The notes under the pieces are model-generated. The model ran no database searches and had not been told where the DNA came from. It saw nothing but the letters and a program-made list of their open reading frames with translations. From Candidatus Moranbacteria bacterium GW2011_GWA2_39_41 (lineage in GTDB: Bacteria; Patescibacteriota; Minisyncoccia; Moranbacterales; UBA2206): 53,034 nucleotides of DNA. The stretch lies in assembly GCA_000995125.1 (NCBI GenBank), contig LBXA01000002.1, forward strand, positions 1 to 53,034, read 5' to 3'. Shown here one piece after another: positions 29,070 through 36,944 of the stretch. A program made the position numbers and the translations under genes. Within the stretch, counting starts at the first letter, position 1. The number at the start of each line of letters is the position of its first letter.

Positions 29070-29783
29070 ATGCTCAAACCACCGCGCCAACCATATGGAT
29101 TCAAAAAACTACTTGCTTATAGAAAAGCTGAAGAGTTGCAAATGGAATGTTCGCGGGTCACGGCGCAGTTTCCGAAATATAAAACTTTGATAGCGTTGGC
29201 TGATCAGATGGATAGGTTAGCGCGTTCGGCTAAGCAGAATATAGTTGAAGGTTGGAAAAGAAATTCGACGAAAGAATATTATGACTTCTTGGGTTTTTCA
29301 ATCGGCGCCAACACGGAATTGGAGGAAGATTGCAACGACATTTGGCGCGGAGCTTATCTGGATTTAATGGGAATAACGGGGGTAATGGGAGAAAAGGGAA
29401 TAAAGAGTGAAATGGGAGATGTGGAAAAAGGAAAAATGGAAATAATGGGAGAAAATGGAAATAGGGCACCCCATTTAATCCCTTTCAACCCTTTAGTCCC
29501 TTTGGATATTGAGAAAATTCCATTTTATCCCCTTAATAAAAATCTACCTCCAGTTATCCAATTGAAACTGCGTTGCAAGGAGCTCAATTATTTGCTGAGT
29601 CAGTTGCAAAAATCATTGGAAGTCAAAATGCTACAAGAAAAAACCTTGTCAGGTGGTGATATTGCCAGGAATTATTTGCGGGAGATAGATAAGAACAAAA
29701 AACAGGATGATATTTTCTTAGAACAAAACGGCTTTGTGCGTCTTGAGAACGGACAAGTTATTGCAAAAAATCAAGATGGATAA
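29070..29783 (+). CDS. Four-helix-bundle protein (23S rRNA-IVS protein / Avd-like family) with repeat-derived insert
   Basis: FKKLLAYRKA...FP...LADQMDRLARSAKQNIVEGW...FLGFSIG...ELEED. Confidence 0.8.
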   Translation: MLKPPRQPYGFKKLLAYRKAEELQMECSRVTAQFPKYKTLIALADQMDRLARSAKQNIVEGWKRNSTKEYYDFLGFSIGANTELEEDCNDIWRGAYLDLMGITGVMGEKGIKSEMGDVEKGKMEIMGENGNRAPHLIPFNPLVPLDIEKIPFYPLNKNLPPVIQLKLRCKELNYLLSQLQKSLEVKMLQEKTLSGGDIARNYLREIDKNKKQDDIFLEQNGFVRLENGQVIAKNQDG

Positions 29784-30336
29784 AAGAAAAATCAACATCA
29801 ACGGCAAAGACATTGAATATGTCTTCAAGCGAACCAAGGGTTCCAAGAGCGTGAAGTTGGCAGTTTATGCCGATGGGCGCTTTGTCGTTTCGGCGCCAAA
29901 ATGGTATCCTATGTATGTAGTCAAGAAATTTATTGAGGAAAAGTCCCAATGGATTTTTGAACGGGTGAAGGATGTTGATTTTGATCTAATTGATCAGAAA
30001 CAAAAAGCAGAAAGTGTAGATTATAAAAAATCAGTGAAGCATGCACGAGCCATCATTCACGAGCGATTGGAATTTTTCAATTGCCACTACAATTTTCAGT
30101 ATAATCGCGTGGCTATCAAGAATCAGAAAACCTGCTGGGGGAGTTGCAGTCAGAAAGCTAATTTGAATTTCAATTATAAAATTATTAAATTGTCAGAAGA
30201 AATGCGCGACTATGTAATTGTGCATGAATTGTGCCATCTGCAGGAATTGAATCACAGCAAAAGATTTTGGAATCTAGTTTCGCAGACGGTGCCAAACTAT
30301 CGAACCCTGCGGAGAAAACTAACAGAAATAAAATAA
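29776..30336 (+). CDS. YgjP/DUF45-like zincin metallohydrolase
   Basis: KTCWGSCS, DYVIVHELCHL..LNHSKRFW. Confidence 0.9.
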   Translation: MDKRKININGKDIEYVFKRTKGSKSVKLAVYADGRFVVSAPKWYPMYVVKKFIEEKSQWIFERVKDVDFDLIDQKQKAESVDYKKSVKHARAIIHERLEFFNCHYNFQYNRVAIKNQKTCWGSCSQKANLNFNYKIIKLSEEMRDYVIVHELCHLQELNHSKRFWNLVSQTVPNYRTLRRKLTEIK

Positions 30337-30343
30337 AACAAAT

Positions 30344-31273
30344 ATGAATTATATTGTTCTCGCCACGATTGCCTATTTTATGGTAGCTTTGGAAGTTATT
30401 TTAGATAAATTTTTATTAAGCTCTAAACGAATTTCTCATCCAGCTATCTACGCTTTCTATTCAGGACTTTTGACGGCTTTCGTTTTCTTTATGGTGCCCT
30501 TTGGTTTTCACGCCATGACACCCTATTTTGCCATGGTGAGCATTGTGACGGGAATCATTTTTACCTATGGATTTTTGACGTTGTTTTTTGCCATCAACAA
30601 AAGTGAAGCTAGTCGGGTGATGCCAGTGGTTGGAGCGGTTGTGCCGTTGGTGACATTTATTCTTTCGGGCAGTTTGTTGTCTGAATATTTAAGCAAAGCT
30701 CAATCGATTGGAATATTTGCGCTAATCGTTGGTGGTCTTTTGATTTCCTTTGATTTTCCTTTGAAAAACAAAAAGAAATTTTTTCATGGATTTTATTATT
30801 CAATTTTGGCCGGTATCCTTTTTGCTATCGAAGTCACTTCTTTCAAATACCTAAGTGACGATTACACCTTTGCCAATGTTTTCATCTGGACGCGCTGGGG
30901 CGTGACCTTGGGGGCTTTGAGTTTGCTACTCGTGCCTCAGTGGAGAAAGGTTATTTTGAATTCTTTTGGCAGTTTCAAAAATACCAAAAAAGAACATCAT
31001 CAAACTGGTGGATTGTTTATTCTAAATAAAATTTTAGGTGGCGCTGGTTCAATTTTGACCAAAAAGGCCATCACTTTGGGTAGCGCAACTGTGGTGAGTG
31101 CACTAGTTTCAACCGAGTATGTTTTCATTCTCATTATCGGTTTGATGCTGTCATTTCAGTTTCCCAAAATATTTCAAGAAAAGGAGGATGCGCTGGGGAT
31201 AACTCAAAAAATTGTTTCCATTTTGATAATTTCATTGGGCGTGGCTTTGATTTCGCTAAAACATAAAATTTAA
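30344..31273 (+). CDS. EamA/DMT-family membrane transporter
   Basis: About 10 TM in two repeats; EASRVMPV. Confidence 0.75.
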   Translation: MNYIVLATIAYFMVALEVILDKFLLSSKRISHPAIYAFYSGLLTAFVFFMVPFGFHAMTPYFAMVSIVTGIIFTYGFLTLFFAINKSEASRVMPVVGAVVPLVTFILSGSLLSEYLSKAQSIGIFALIVGGLLISFDFPLKNKKKFFHGFYYSILAGILFAIEVTSFKYLSDDYTFANVFIWTRWGVTLGALSLLLVPQWRKVILNSFGSFKNTKKEHHQTGGLFILNKILGGAGSILTKKAITLGSATVVSALVSTEYVFILIIGLMLSFQFPKIFQEKEDALGITQKIVSILIISLGVALISLKHKI

Positions 31274-31278
31274 AAATA

Positions 31279-31318
31279 CCCCAATTAAGTAGTCTGCCTG
31301 CGGCAGAATTTAACGGGG
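31279..31318. repeat. CCCC..TTAA / TTAACGGGG element with inner hairpin
   Basis: CCCCAATTAAG...TCTGCC-TGC-GGCAGA...ATTTAACGGGG. Confidence 0.55.
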
Positions 31319-31326
31319 CAAGAAAA

Positions 31327-32343
31327 ATGAACATCTTAAAAAAAATCTTGAAAGTTGTTGGAATCATAATTGCTATTATTCTCGGATTTGTAGTGATTAT
31401 GTTTGGTTATTTCAATTTGCCGATTGAAAATAACAACGACAGCGCTAAGTTGGGTATGACTTTTTCCAATAAATATGCCTATAGCATTGGCCTAGATTGG
31501 AAAGCGAATTATATCGCCATGCTGGATGATTTGCATATCAAAAAAATTAGAATTCCAGTCTATTGGGATTTGGTGGAATCAAAGCAAGGTGAATATGATT
31601 TTTCTGATGTGGATTGGCAATTGAATGAAGCACGTAAAAGAAATGCTGAAATCATCTTGGCAATTGGACAAAAGACCCCGCGTTGGCCGGAATGCAACAT
31701 TCCTGCGTGGGCAATGAAAGATGATCAAACGAGAAAAGAGAATTTGTTGAAGTATGTAGATGTGACAGTGAGAAGATATAAAGATGATCCGGTGGTGAAA
31801 TTTTGGCAAATAGAAAATGAACCATTTTTGCCATTTGGTATTTGCCCAGCTATCGATCCAAGTCTGCTAGATAGTGAGTTGGCAGTGGCGCGCTCAATTG
31901 ATAACACCCGCAAGATTATCGTGACTGATAGTGGTGAATTGAGTTTGTGGATTCAAGCAGCCAAGCGCGCTGATATTTTTGGCACGACAATGTATCGCAC
32001 AATCTATAAAAAAGAAATTGGCTATTTTGAATATCCGATTGGCCCAAGGTTTTTTCAAGTTAAGCATAATCTAATTCAACTTTTTGCGCGTCAAAACAAC
32101 GCGATTGTTATCGAGTTGCAGGCTGAGCCTTGGATTAGCGGATCGACTACTGACAACACCTTGGAAGAACAATTCAAGTCTATGAATCCAGCTCAATTGG
32201 TGGGCAATGTTGATTATGCTGAGAAGGTTGGTTTTCCACAAATATATCTCTGGGGAGTTGAATGGTGGTATTGGTTGAAAGAAAAGCAAAATCATCCAGA
32301 GCTTTGGAATACGGCTAAAGTTCTGTATAATAATAGGCAATAA
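31327..32343 (+). CDS. Membrane-anchored clan GH-A glycoside hydrolase (GH5/GH42-like)
   Basis: RIPVYW..VE...G.YDFS, WQIENEP, IELQAEPW. Confidence 0.75.
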   Translation: MNILKKILKVVGIIIAIILGFVVIMFGYFNLPIENNNDSAKLGMTFSNKYAYSIGLDWKANYIAMLDDLHIKKIRIPVYWDLVESKQGEYDFSDVDWQLNEARKRNAEIILAIGQKTPRWPECNIPAWAMKDDQTRKENLLKYVDVTVRRYKDDPVVKFWQIENEPFLPFGICPAIDPSLLDSELAVARSIDNTRKIIVTDSGELSLWIQAAKRADIFGTTMYRTIYKKEIGYFEYPIGPRFFQVKHNLIQLFARQNNAIVIELQAEPWISGSTTDNTLEEQFKSMNPAQLVGNVDYAEKVGFPQIYLWGVEWWYWLKEKQNHPELWNTAKVLYNNRQ

Positions 32344-32399
32344 TTGGCTGGATTTGTTGCGTGAGTATGTTACGTAATGAGTCTATTATACATCTTATT

Positions 32400-33068
32400 A
32401 TGTCTAGAGTTATTGTAGATATTGAAACAATTGGCAAAGATTTTGCGAGCTATGACCAAAAAAGTCAGGAGTATCTTTTGAAATACGCACAGACTGAGGA
32501 AGAACAGGAAATGGTCAAGAAAAGTTTGGCTCTGCATGCTTTGACCGGTGAAGTGGTGACTATTGGTATGTTTAACCCTGACACTGGCAAGGGCGTGATG
32601 CTTTTCCAGAGCAAGGGTGAGGTGATTGAGAATTTTTCTGAGGGTGGACTTTTCTATGAAGCTGGCACCGAGAAAGAATTGTTGGAAAAATTTTGGGACA
32701 TGGTGAAAACGTATAAACAAATCATCACTTTCAATGGTCGCAATTTCGACATTCCCTTTTTGATGACGCGCAGTGCCATCAACGGCGTGCGGGTGTCGCG
32801 CAACTTTATGGGCTATCGTTACAATCCCAAAGAGCATTGTGATTTGATGGAGCAATTGACGTTCTATGGGGCGACGCGCAAATTCAATCTAGATTTTTAT
32901 GCCAAATCTTTTGGCATCAAGAGTTCGAAAGACGAAGGTATTGATGGTTCGATGGTGGGTGAGTTGTATAAACAAAAAAGATATTTAGACGTGGCGCGCT
33001 ATTGCCATCGCGATCTTTTGACCACCAAGGGTTTGCATGAATATTGGGATAAATATCTAAGTTTCTAG
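32400..33068 (+). CDS. DEDD 3'-5' exonuclease (PolB-exo-like / RNase H-like)
   Basis: DIET, TFNGRNFDIPFL, YCHRD; start at ATG 32400. Confidence 0.85.
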   Translation: MSRVIVDIETIGKDFASYDQKSQEYLLKYAQTEEEQEMVKKSLALHALTGEVVTIGMFNPDTGKGVMLFQSKGEVIENFSEGGLFYEAGTEKELLEKFWDMVKTYKQIITFNGRNFDIPFLMTRSAINGVRVSRNFMGYRYNPKEHCDLMEQLTFYGATRKFNLDFYAKSFGIKSSKDEGIDGSMVGELYKQKRYLDVARYCHRDLLTTKGLHEYWDKYLSF

Positions 33069-33069
33069 G

Positions 33070-33555
33070 ATGAAAAGCAAAGAGCTATATATCATCGCGC
33101 ATAATATTCGCAGCGCTCACAATGTGGGGGCGATTTTTCGCTCAAGTGATGGTGCAGGCGTGGACAAGATTTATCTAAGCGGTTATTCGCAACGACCAGC
33201 ACCAGCTGACAAGAAAGAATTGGTGAAGCCAGAAAAGATGTTGGCAAAAACGGCCCTAGGCGCAGAACTAAGTGTGGCTTGGGAAAGTGCTGATGATTTG
33301 ATAAAATTTATTAACAAATTGAAAAAAGAAGGTGTGCAAGTTGTGGCTTTAGAAAAAACTGAAGGTAGCGTGGATATTCGAAAATTCAAACCAACTTTTC
33401 CAATGGCGTTGATTTTGGGTCATGAAGTGGATGGTGTGGAAGATGAAGTTTTGCAATTGTGTGACGCGGTGATTGAAATTCCAATGCGCGGGCAGAAAAA
33501 GTCACTGAATGTTTCCGTGGCCACTGGCATTGCGATTTATGAATTGCTCGGTTGA
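33070..33555 (+). CDS. TrmH/SpoU-family RNA methyltransferase
   Basis: NVGAIFR, LGHEVDG, IPMRGQKKSLNVSVA. Confidence 0.92.
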   Translation: MKSKELYIIAHNIRSAHNVGAIFRSSDGAGVDKIYLSGYSQRPAPADKKELVKPEKMLAKTALGAELSVAWESADDLIKFINKLKKEGVQVVALEKTEGSVDIRKFKPTFPMALILGHEVDGVEDEVLQLCDAVIEIPMRGQKKSLNVSVATGIAIYELLG

Positions 33556-33605
33556 TGCTATAATATGATTGATGCGACTAATAAGACCAATATGACAAAT
33601 AAAAT

Positions 33606-34310
33606 ATGAAAAAAACAAAATTAGCAGTGTTTGATATCGATGGTACAATTTTTCGCAAAAATCTGGCTTTTGAATTGATTAATGAATTGGCTTGGCGTGG
33701 GATTTTCAAAAAAGAAGTGCGGACGGAACTGGTGCGTCACTATAGTAATTGGCTGGATCATAAAGGCACCTATGAAGACTATCGCAAAGCTTTAGTGGTT
33801 TTGTACTCTGACAATCTCAAAGGTTGCCGAAAAGAAGATGTTTTGAAAGCAGCTAAGGGTGTGATGCCATTCTATCAAGATCGAACTTATGTTTTTGCCG
33901 AGAATTTGATTAAGCAATTGAAGGCTGACAATTATAATATTATTGCGGTGTCAGGATCGCCGAGTGAGATTGTGGAAGAATATAATAAGCATTTGAAATT
34001 TGATGCAGTTTTTGGTTCAGTTTATGAAATTGATGAAAACAATATGTATACCGGCGATGCAGTTTTTGAGCCAACCAAAGATAAAAGTCAGGTGGTGCGT
34101 CAATATCTAACTGAAAATAATTTAACACTAGCGGGCTCATATGGAATTGGCGATACTGAATCAGATGCTTCAGTTTTGAAAATTGTGGAAAACCCAATCG
34201 CCTTCAATCCGAATTCTAATTTGAAGGAAATTGCAGAAAAAAATGGTTGGAAAATTATTGTGGAAAAAAAGGATGTTATTTATGAAATAGATAATAATAA
34301 TTTAAAATAA
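33606..34310 (+). CDS. HAD-IB family phosphatase (SerB-like)
   Basis: FDIDGT, VSGS, GDTESD, NP. Confidence 0.88.
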   Translation: MKKTKLAVFDIDGTIFRKNLAFELINELAWRGIFKKEVRTELVRHYSNWLDHKGTYEDYRKALVVLYSDNLKGCRKEDVLKAAKGVMPFYQDRTYVFAENLIKQLKADNYNIIAVSGSPSEIVEEYNKHLKFDAVFGSVYEIDENNMYTGDAVFEPTKDKSQVVRQYLTENNLTLAGSYGIGDTESDASVLKIVENPIAFNPNSNLKEIAEKNGWKIIVEKKDVIYEIDNNNLK

Positions 34311-34314
34311 AAAT

Positions 34315-34506
34315 ATGGCAATCCTTTTATTGGTTATTGGTTTTATATTATTTAGCATCATTTGGTTGTTTATTGAACTTGTAACAGCAAGTAGCTTCAA
34401 TGCCTTCTTGGATGAGAAGATTATGCGAAGAACTAAATGGTTATGGGTGCCAATTTATGCGCTGTGGCGGATGTTTAAAGAGGTTATTTTTAACAATAAG
34501 AAATAG
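34315..34506 (+). CDS. Small membrane protein
   Basis: 63 aa, hydrophobic, starts 4 nt after the HAD gene. Confidence 0.6.
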   Translation: MAILLLVIGFILFSIIWLFIELVTASSFNAFLDEKIMRRTKWLWVPIYALWRMFKEVIFNNKK

Positions 34507-34518
34507 GATGTTGAACGA

Positions 34519-34552
34519 TAAAAAACTCTCGGATTTCTCTGAGAGTTTTTTA
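34519..34552. terminator. Bidirectional terminator
   Basis: TAAAAAACTCTC-N10-GAGAGTTTTTTA between convergent genes. Confidence 0.8.
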
Positions 34553-34569
34553 TTATCGAAAAGTTTGTT

Positions 34570-34914
34570 TTACTTAACTTTTTCGATGAATTTAGCAAAT
34601 ACGGCTGGATTCTCCATAGCCATTTGTGACAAAACTTTTCGGTCTACTTCAATTTTCTTGTCAGCCATAGTTTTGATCAAGACACTGTATTTCATACCCA
34701 GTTCGCGCACAGCAGTGTTGAGTCGAGTGATCCAAAGTCTGCGCATGGATCTTTTCTTGGCTCGTCGGTCACGATAAGCATAAGCGCCAGCTTTGATTAA
34801 CGCTTGTTTAGCTGAGCGATAGAGGGAGCTTCTTTTCCATCGATATCCACTCGCATCTTCCAAAACATTTTTTCTGCGTTTAGAAGCGGCTACTCCGCGT
34901 TTTACTCTTGTCAT
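34570..34914 (-). CDS. rplT: 50S ribosomal protein L20
   Basis: MTRVKRG...YAYRDRR...RRLWITRLN...DRKVLS. Confidence 0.97.
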   Translation of the reverse strand: MTRVKRGVAASKRRKNVLEDASGYRWKRSSLYRSAKQALIKAGAYAYRDRRAKKRSMRRLWITRLNTAVRELGMKYSVLIKTMADKKIEVDRKVLSQMAMENPAVFAKFIEKVK

Positions 34915-34931
34915 ATAATTTTATACTGTCA

Positions 34932-35007
34932 TAGTGTTAAATTGTTAAATTGTTTGAATGAATTACAAACATATTAACAATATAGCAATATAATCATTTA
35001 GCAATTA
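34932..35007. repeat. 8-mer tandem fold-back
   Basis: GTTAAATT x2 ... AACAATAT AGCAATAT ... AGCAATT. Confidence 0.6.
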
Positions 35008-35009
35008 AT

Positions 35010-35219
35010 TTATCTTTGGGCGCTTTTGCTGGGTAGGCCTCGCAACATATTTGCTTCATCAGCCTTGAAAAGTCGCACATCACCTTGTTTGGCCATTCCC
35101 TCTCGCCCAGTCTCCTTGCGATTGTAATGGTTGTGTCCGGTGATTCGACGCGTAACTTTTCCACTGCCAGTCACTTTGACTCTTTTTTTAACCGCTTTTC
35201 TTGTTTTTAATTTTGGCAT
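35010..35219 (-). CDS. rpmI: 50S ribosomal protein L35
   Basis: MPKLKTRKAVKKRVKVTGSGK. Confidence 0.95.
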   Translation of the reverse strand: MPKLKTRKAVKKRVKVTGSGKVTRRITGHNHYNRKETGREGMAKQGDVRLFKADEANMLRGLPSKSAQR

Positions 35220-35228
35220 ATATTTTTA

Positions 35229-35334
35229 TAACTCGTAACTAGTAACTCGTAACTAGTAATTGGAGCGTCAGCTTATTAATTGGTTTATTTGTAATTTGTG
35301 CTAGTTACTGATTACCAGTTACTAGTTACTTAGT
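35229..35334. repeat. 7-mer tandem fold-back (TAACTMG / AGTTACT)
   Basis: TAACTCG TAACTAG TAACTCG TAACTAG ... AGTTACT x3. Confidence 0.8.
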
Positions 35335-35880
35335 TTATACTTCTGGAGTTAGCACAGCATTAAAGCCACTCGGATATCTTTTCACTTCCTGATCAAGCTT
35401 GAAGGGGACAGTGATTGTTTTCAGAAAATCTTCCAGGTTCTTGCGAGCTAAATCTTGATGAGCTTTTTCTCGGCCACGCAAGAAAATTTCAACTTTCACT
35501 TTCTGACCTTTAGTAAGGAATTTTTCAGCCATGTCTTTCTTAACTTCCAAATCATGCGTGTCAGTTCGGAAACCAATACGAATCCCTTTGATATCAATCT
35601 TTTTTTGTTTGGCTTTGTTAACTCGATCAAGCCTAGATTGTTGATATTGATATTTGCCATAATCCATGATTTTGCAAACCGGTGGCTTGGCCATCGGCGC
35701 AATTTCCACTAGATCCAAATCTTGCTCGCGGGCAATTTGCAAAGCATCAAGCGGAGCCATAACCCCAAGTTGATTTCCCGCATCGTCAATTACGCGAATT
35801 TGTGGAACTCTAATGTGTTCATTTATTCTGGTGAGCGGACCCCTTTTTACGAACGGCCGCCTGATTGGTACTCTTCTAAT
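35335..35880 (-). CDS. infC: Translation initiation factor IF-3 (ATT start)
   Basis: RINEHIRVPQIRVID, LDLVEIAP.AKPPVCKIMDYGK, LRGRE; in-frame ATT at 35880 with a stop 7 codons further upstream. Confidence 0.93.
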   Translation of the reverse strand: MRRVPIRRPFVKRGPLTRINEHIRVPQIRVIDDAGNQLGVMAPLDALQIAREQDLDLVEIAPMAKPPVCKIMDYGKYQYQQSRLDRVNKAKQKKIDIKGIRIGFRTDTHDLEVKKDMAEKFLTKGQKVKVEIFLRGREKAHQDLARKNLEDFLKTITVPFKLDQEVKRYPSGFNAVLTPEV

Positions 35881-35905
35881 ATTTTTGATATTAAATAATT
35901 ATTTG

Positions 35906-36317
35906 TGGAGTTGATGGGAATCGCACCCATGTCCAAAATCATTCATCTAAAACAATCTACAAGCGTAGTTTACTTATTTGTTTCGATTGAAAAGTGATAA
36001 GCAAACAAAACCTTTTCAATCTATGACTAATGAAGTTTTATCGAATTGACTTAGAAAATATCAGATCGACTATCCTGATGTTTTGACACCGAATCCCATC
36101 TATCAGGAGTTGATGGTTCGATGACTACTGCGATAGCGCTGATTAGGCGATATTTAGGCAATAGCAACCGCAAAATTTGAAGTAAATGCTTGCGCAAATA
36201 CTGATTTCGCTTTTGTTATGAAGTTTGCACTTATAACTTTGATACAAATTTAACGAGGAATTATCATACTCGGCTTGCATATTTTAAATGTACGACCTGT
36301 CGAAACTAAGCAACCCC
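35906..36317 (-). ncRNA. ssrA: tmRNA; tag (A)ANFITKAKSVFAQAFTSNFAVAIA
   Basis: 5' GGGGTTG..TTCGAC pairs with 3' CAACTCCA including G3.U; T-arm ATGGG-TGCGATT-CCCAT; tag ORF 36228-36154; adjacent to smpB. Confidence 0.92.
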
Positions 36318-36763
36318 TAGTGATTTTTTAGCTCGCGCTTGATATTTCTTTCGACTTCTCGCTTGCTGATTGTTTCGCGCTTGTCGTATTTCTTTTTTCC
36401 TTTACCTACGCCAAATTCCAGCTTCAATAGTCGTTTCTTAGTATACACGGAAATGGGTACCAATGTCAAGCCAGCAATACGTACTTTGCCCGTCAAATGC
36501 TTGATTTCCGATTTGCGTAGCAGAAGTTTCCGGGGTTGGGTCGGATCATAGTTTTTGATCTCGCCGGCTTGCTTGTAGGGGGTGATGTGGGCATTGGTCA
36601 AATAAAGCTCGCCGCCCTTGGTTGTTACAAAGCTTTCTTTGAGGCTAATGTGACCCATTTTGACTGATTTGACCTCAGCTCCAGTCAACACCAAACCCGC
36701 CTCATATTTGTCTGAGATTTCATAATCGAAATTGGCGCGTTTGTTGTAGGCGAGTGGCGTCAT
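36317..36763 (-). CDS. smpB: SsrA-binding protein
   Basis: NKRANFDY, EAGLVLTGAEVKS, RKLLL, GKGKKKYDKRE. Confidence 0.97.
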   Translation of the reverse strand: MTPLAYNKRANFDYEISDKYEAGLVLTGAEVKSVKMGHISLKESFVTTKGGELYLTNAHITPYKQAGEIKNYDPTQPRKLLLRKSEIKHLTGKVRIAGLTLVPISVYTKKRLLKLEFGVGKGKKKYDKRETISKREVERNIKRELKNH

Positions 36764-36766
36764 GCG

Positions 36767-36903
36767 AGCATATTAACATTTAAGCATATTAGCATATTAG
36801 CACAGCGAGGGGATAATATGCCAGTAGATTACTAATGTTAAAATGTTCATATGTTAATATGCTAACGTGCTAATATGCTAACGTGCTAATATGTTAACGT
36901 GTT
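36767..36903. repeat. 8-mer tandem fold-back (AGCATATT / AATATGCT) in a divergent promoter region
   Basis: About 4 left units and about 9 right units (AATATGYT, AACGTGCT). Confidence 0.85.
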
Positions 36904-36944
36904 GTAGCTTTATTTTTTCAGCGGGATAGGTTAGAATTAAAAAT

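Noticed and set aside
29070..29783. Diversity-generating retroelement
   Set aside because: Avd-like protein only; no reverse transcriptase or TR/VR pair with adenine-specific mismatches seen.
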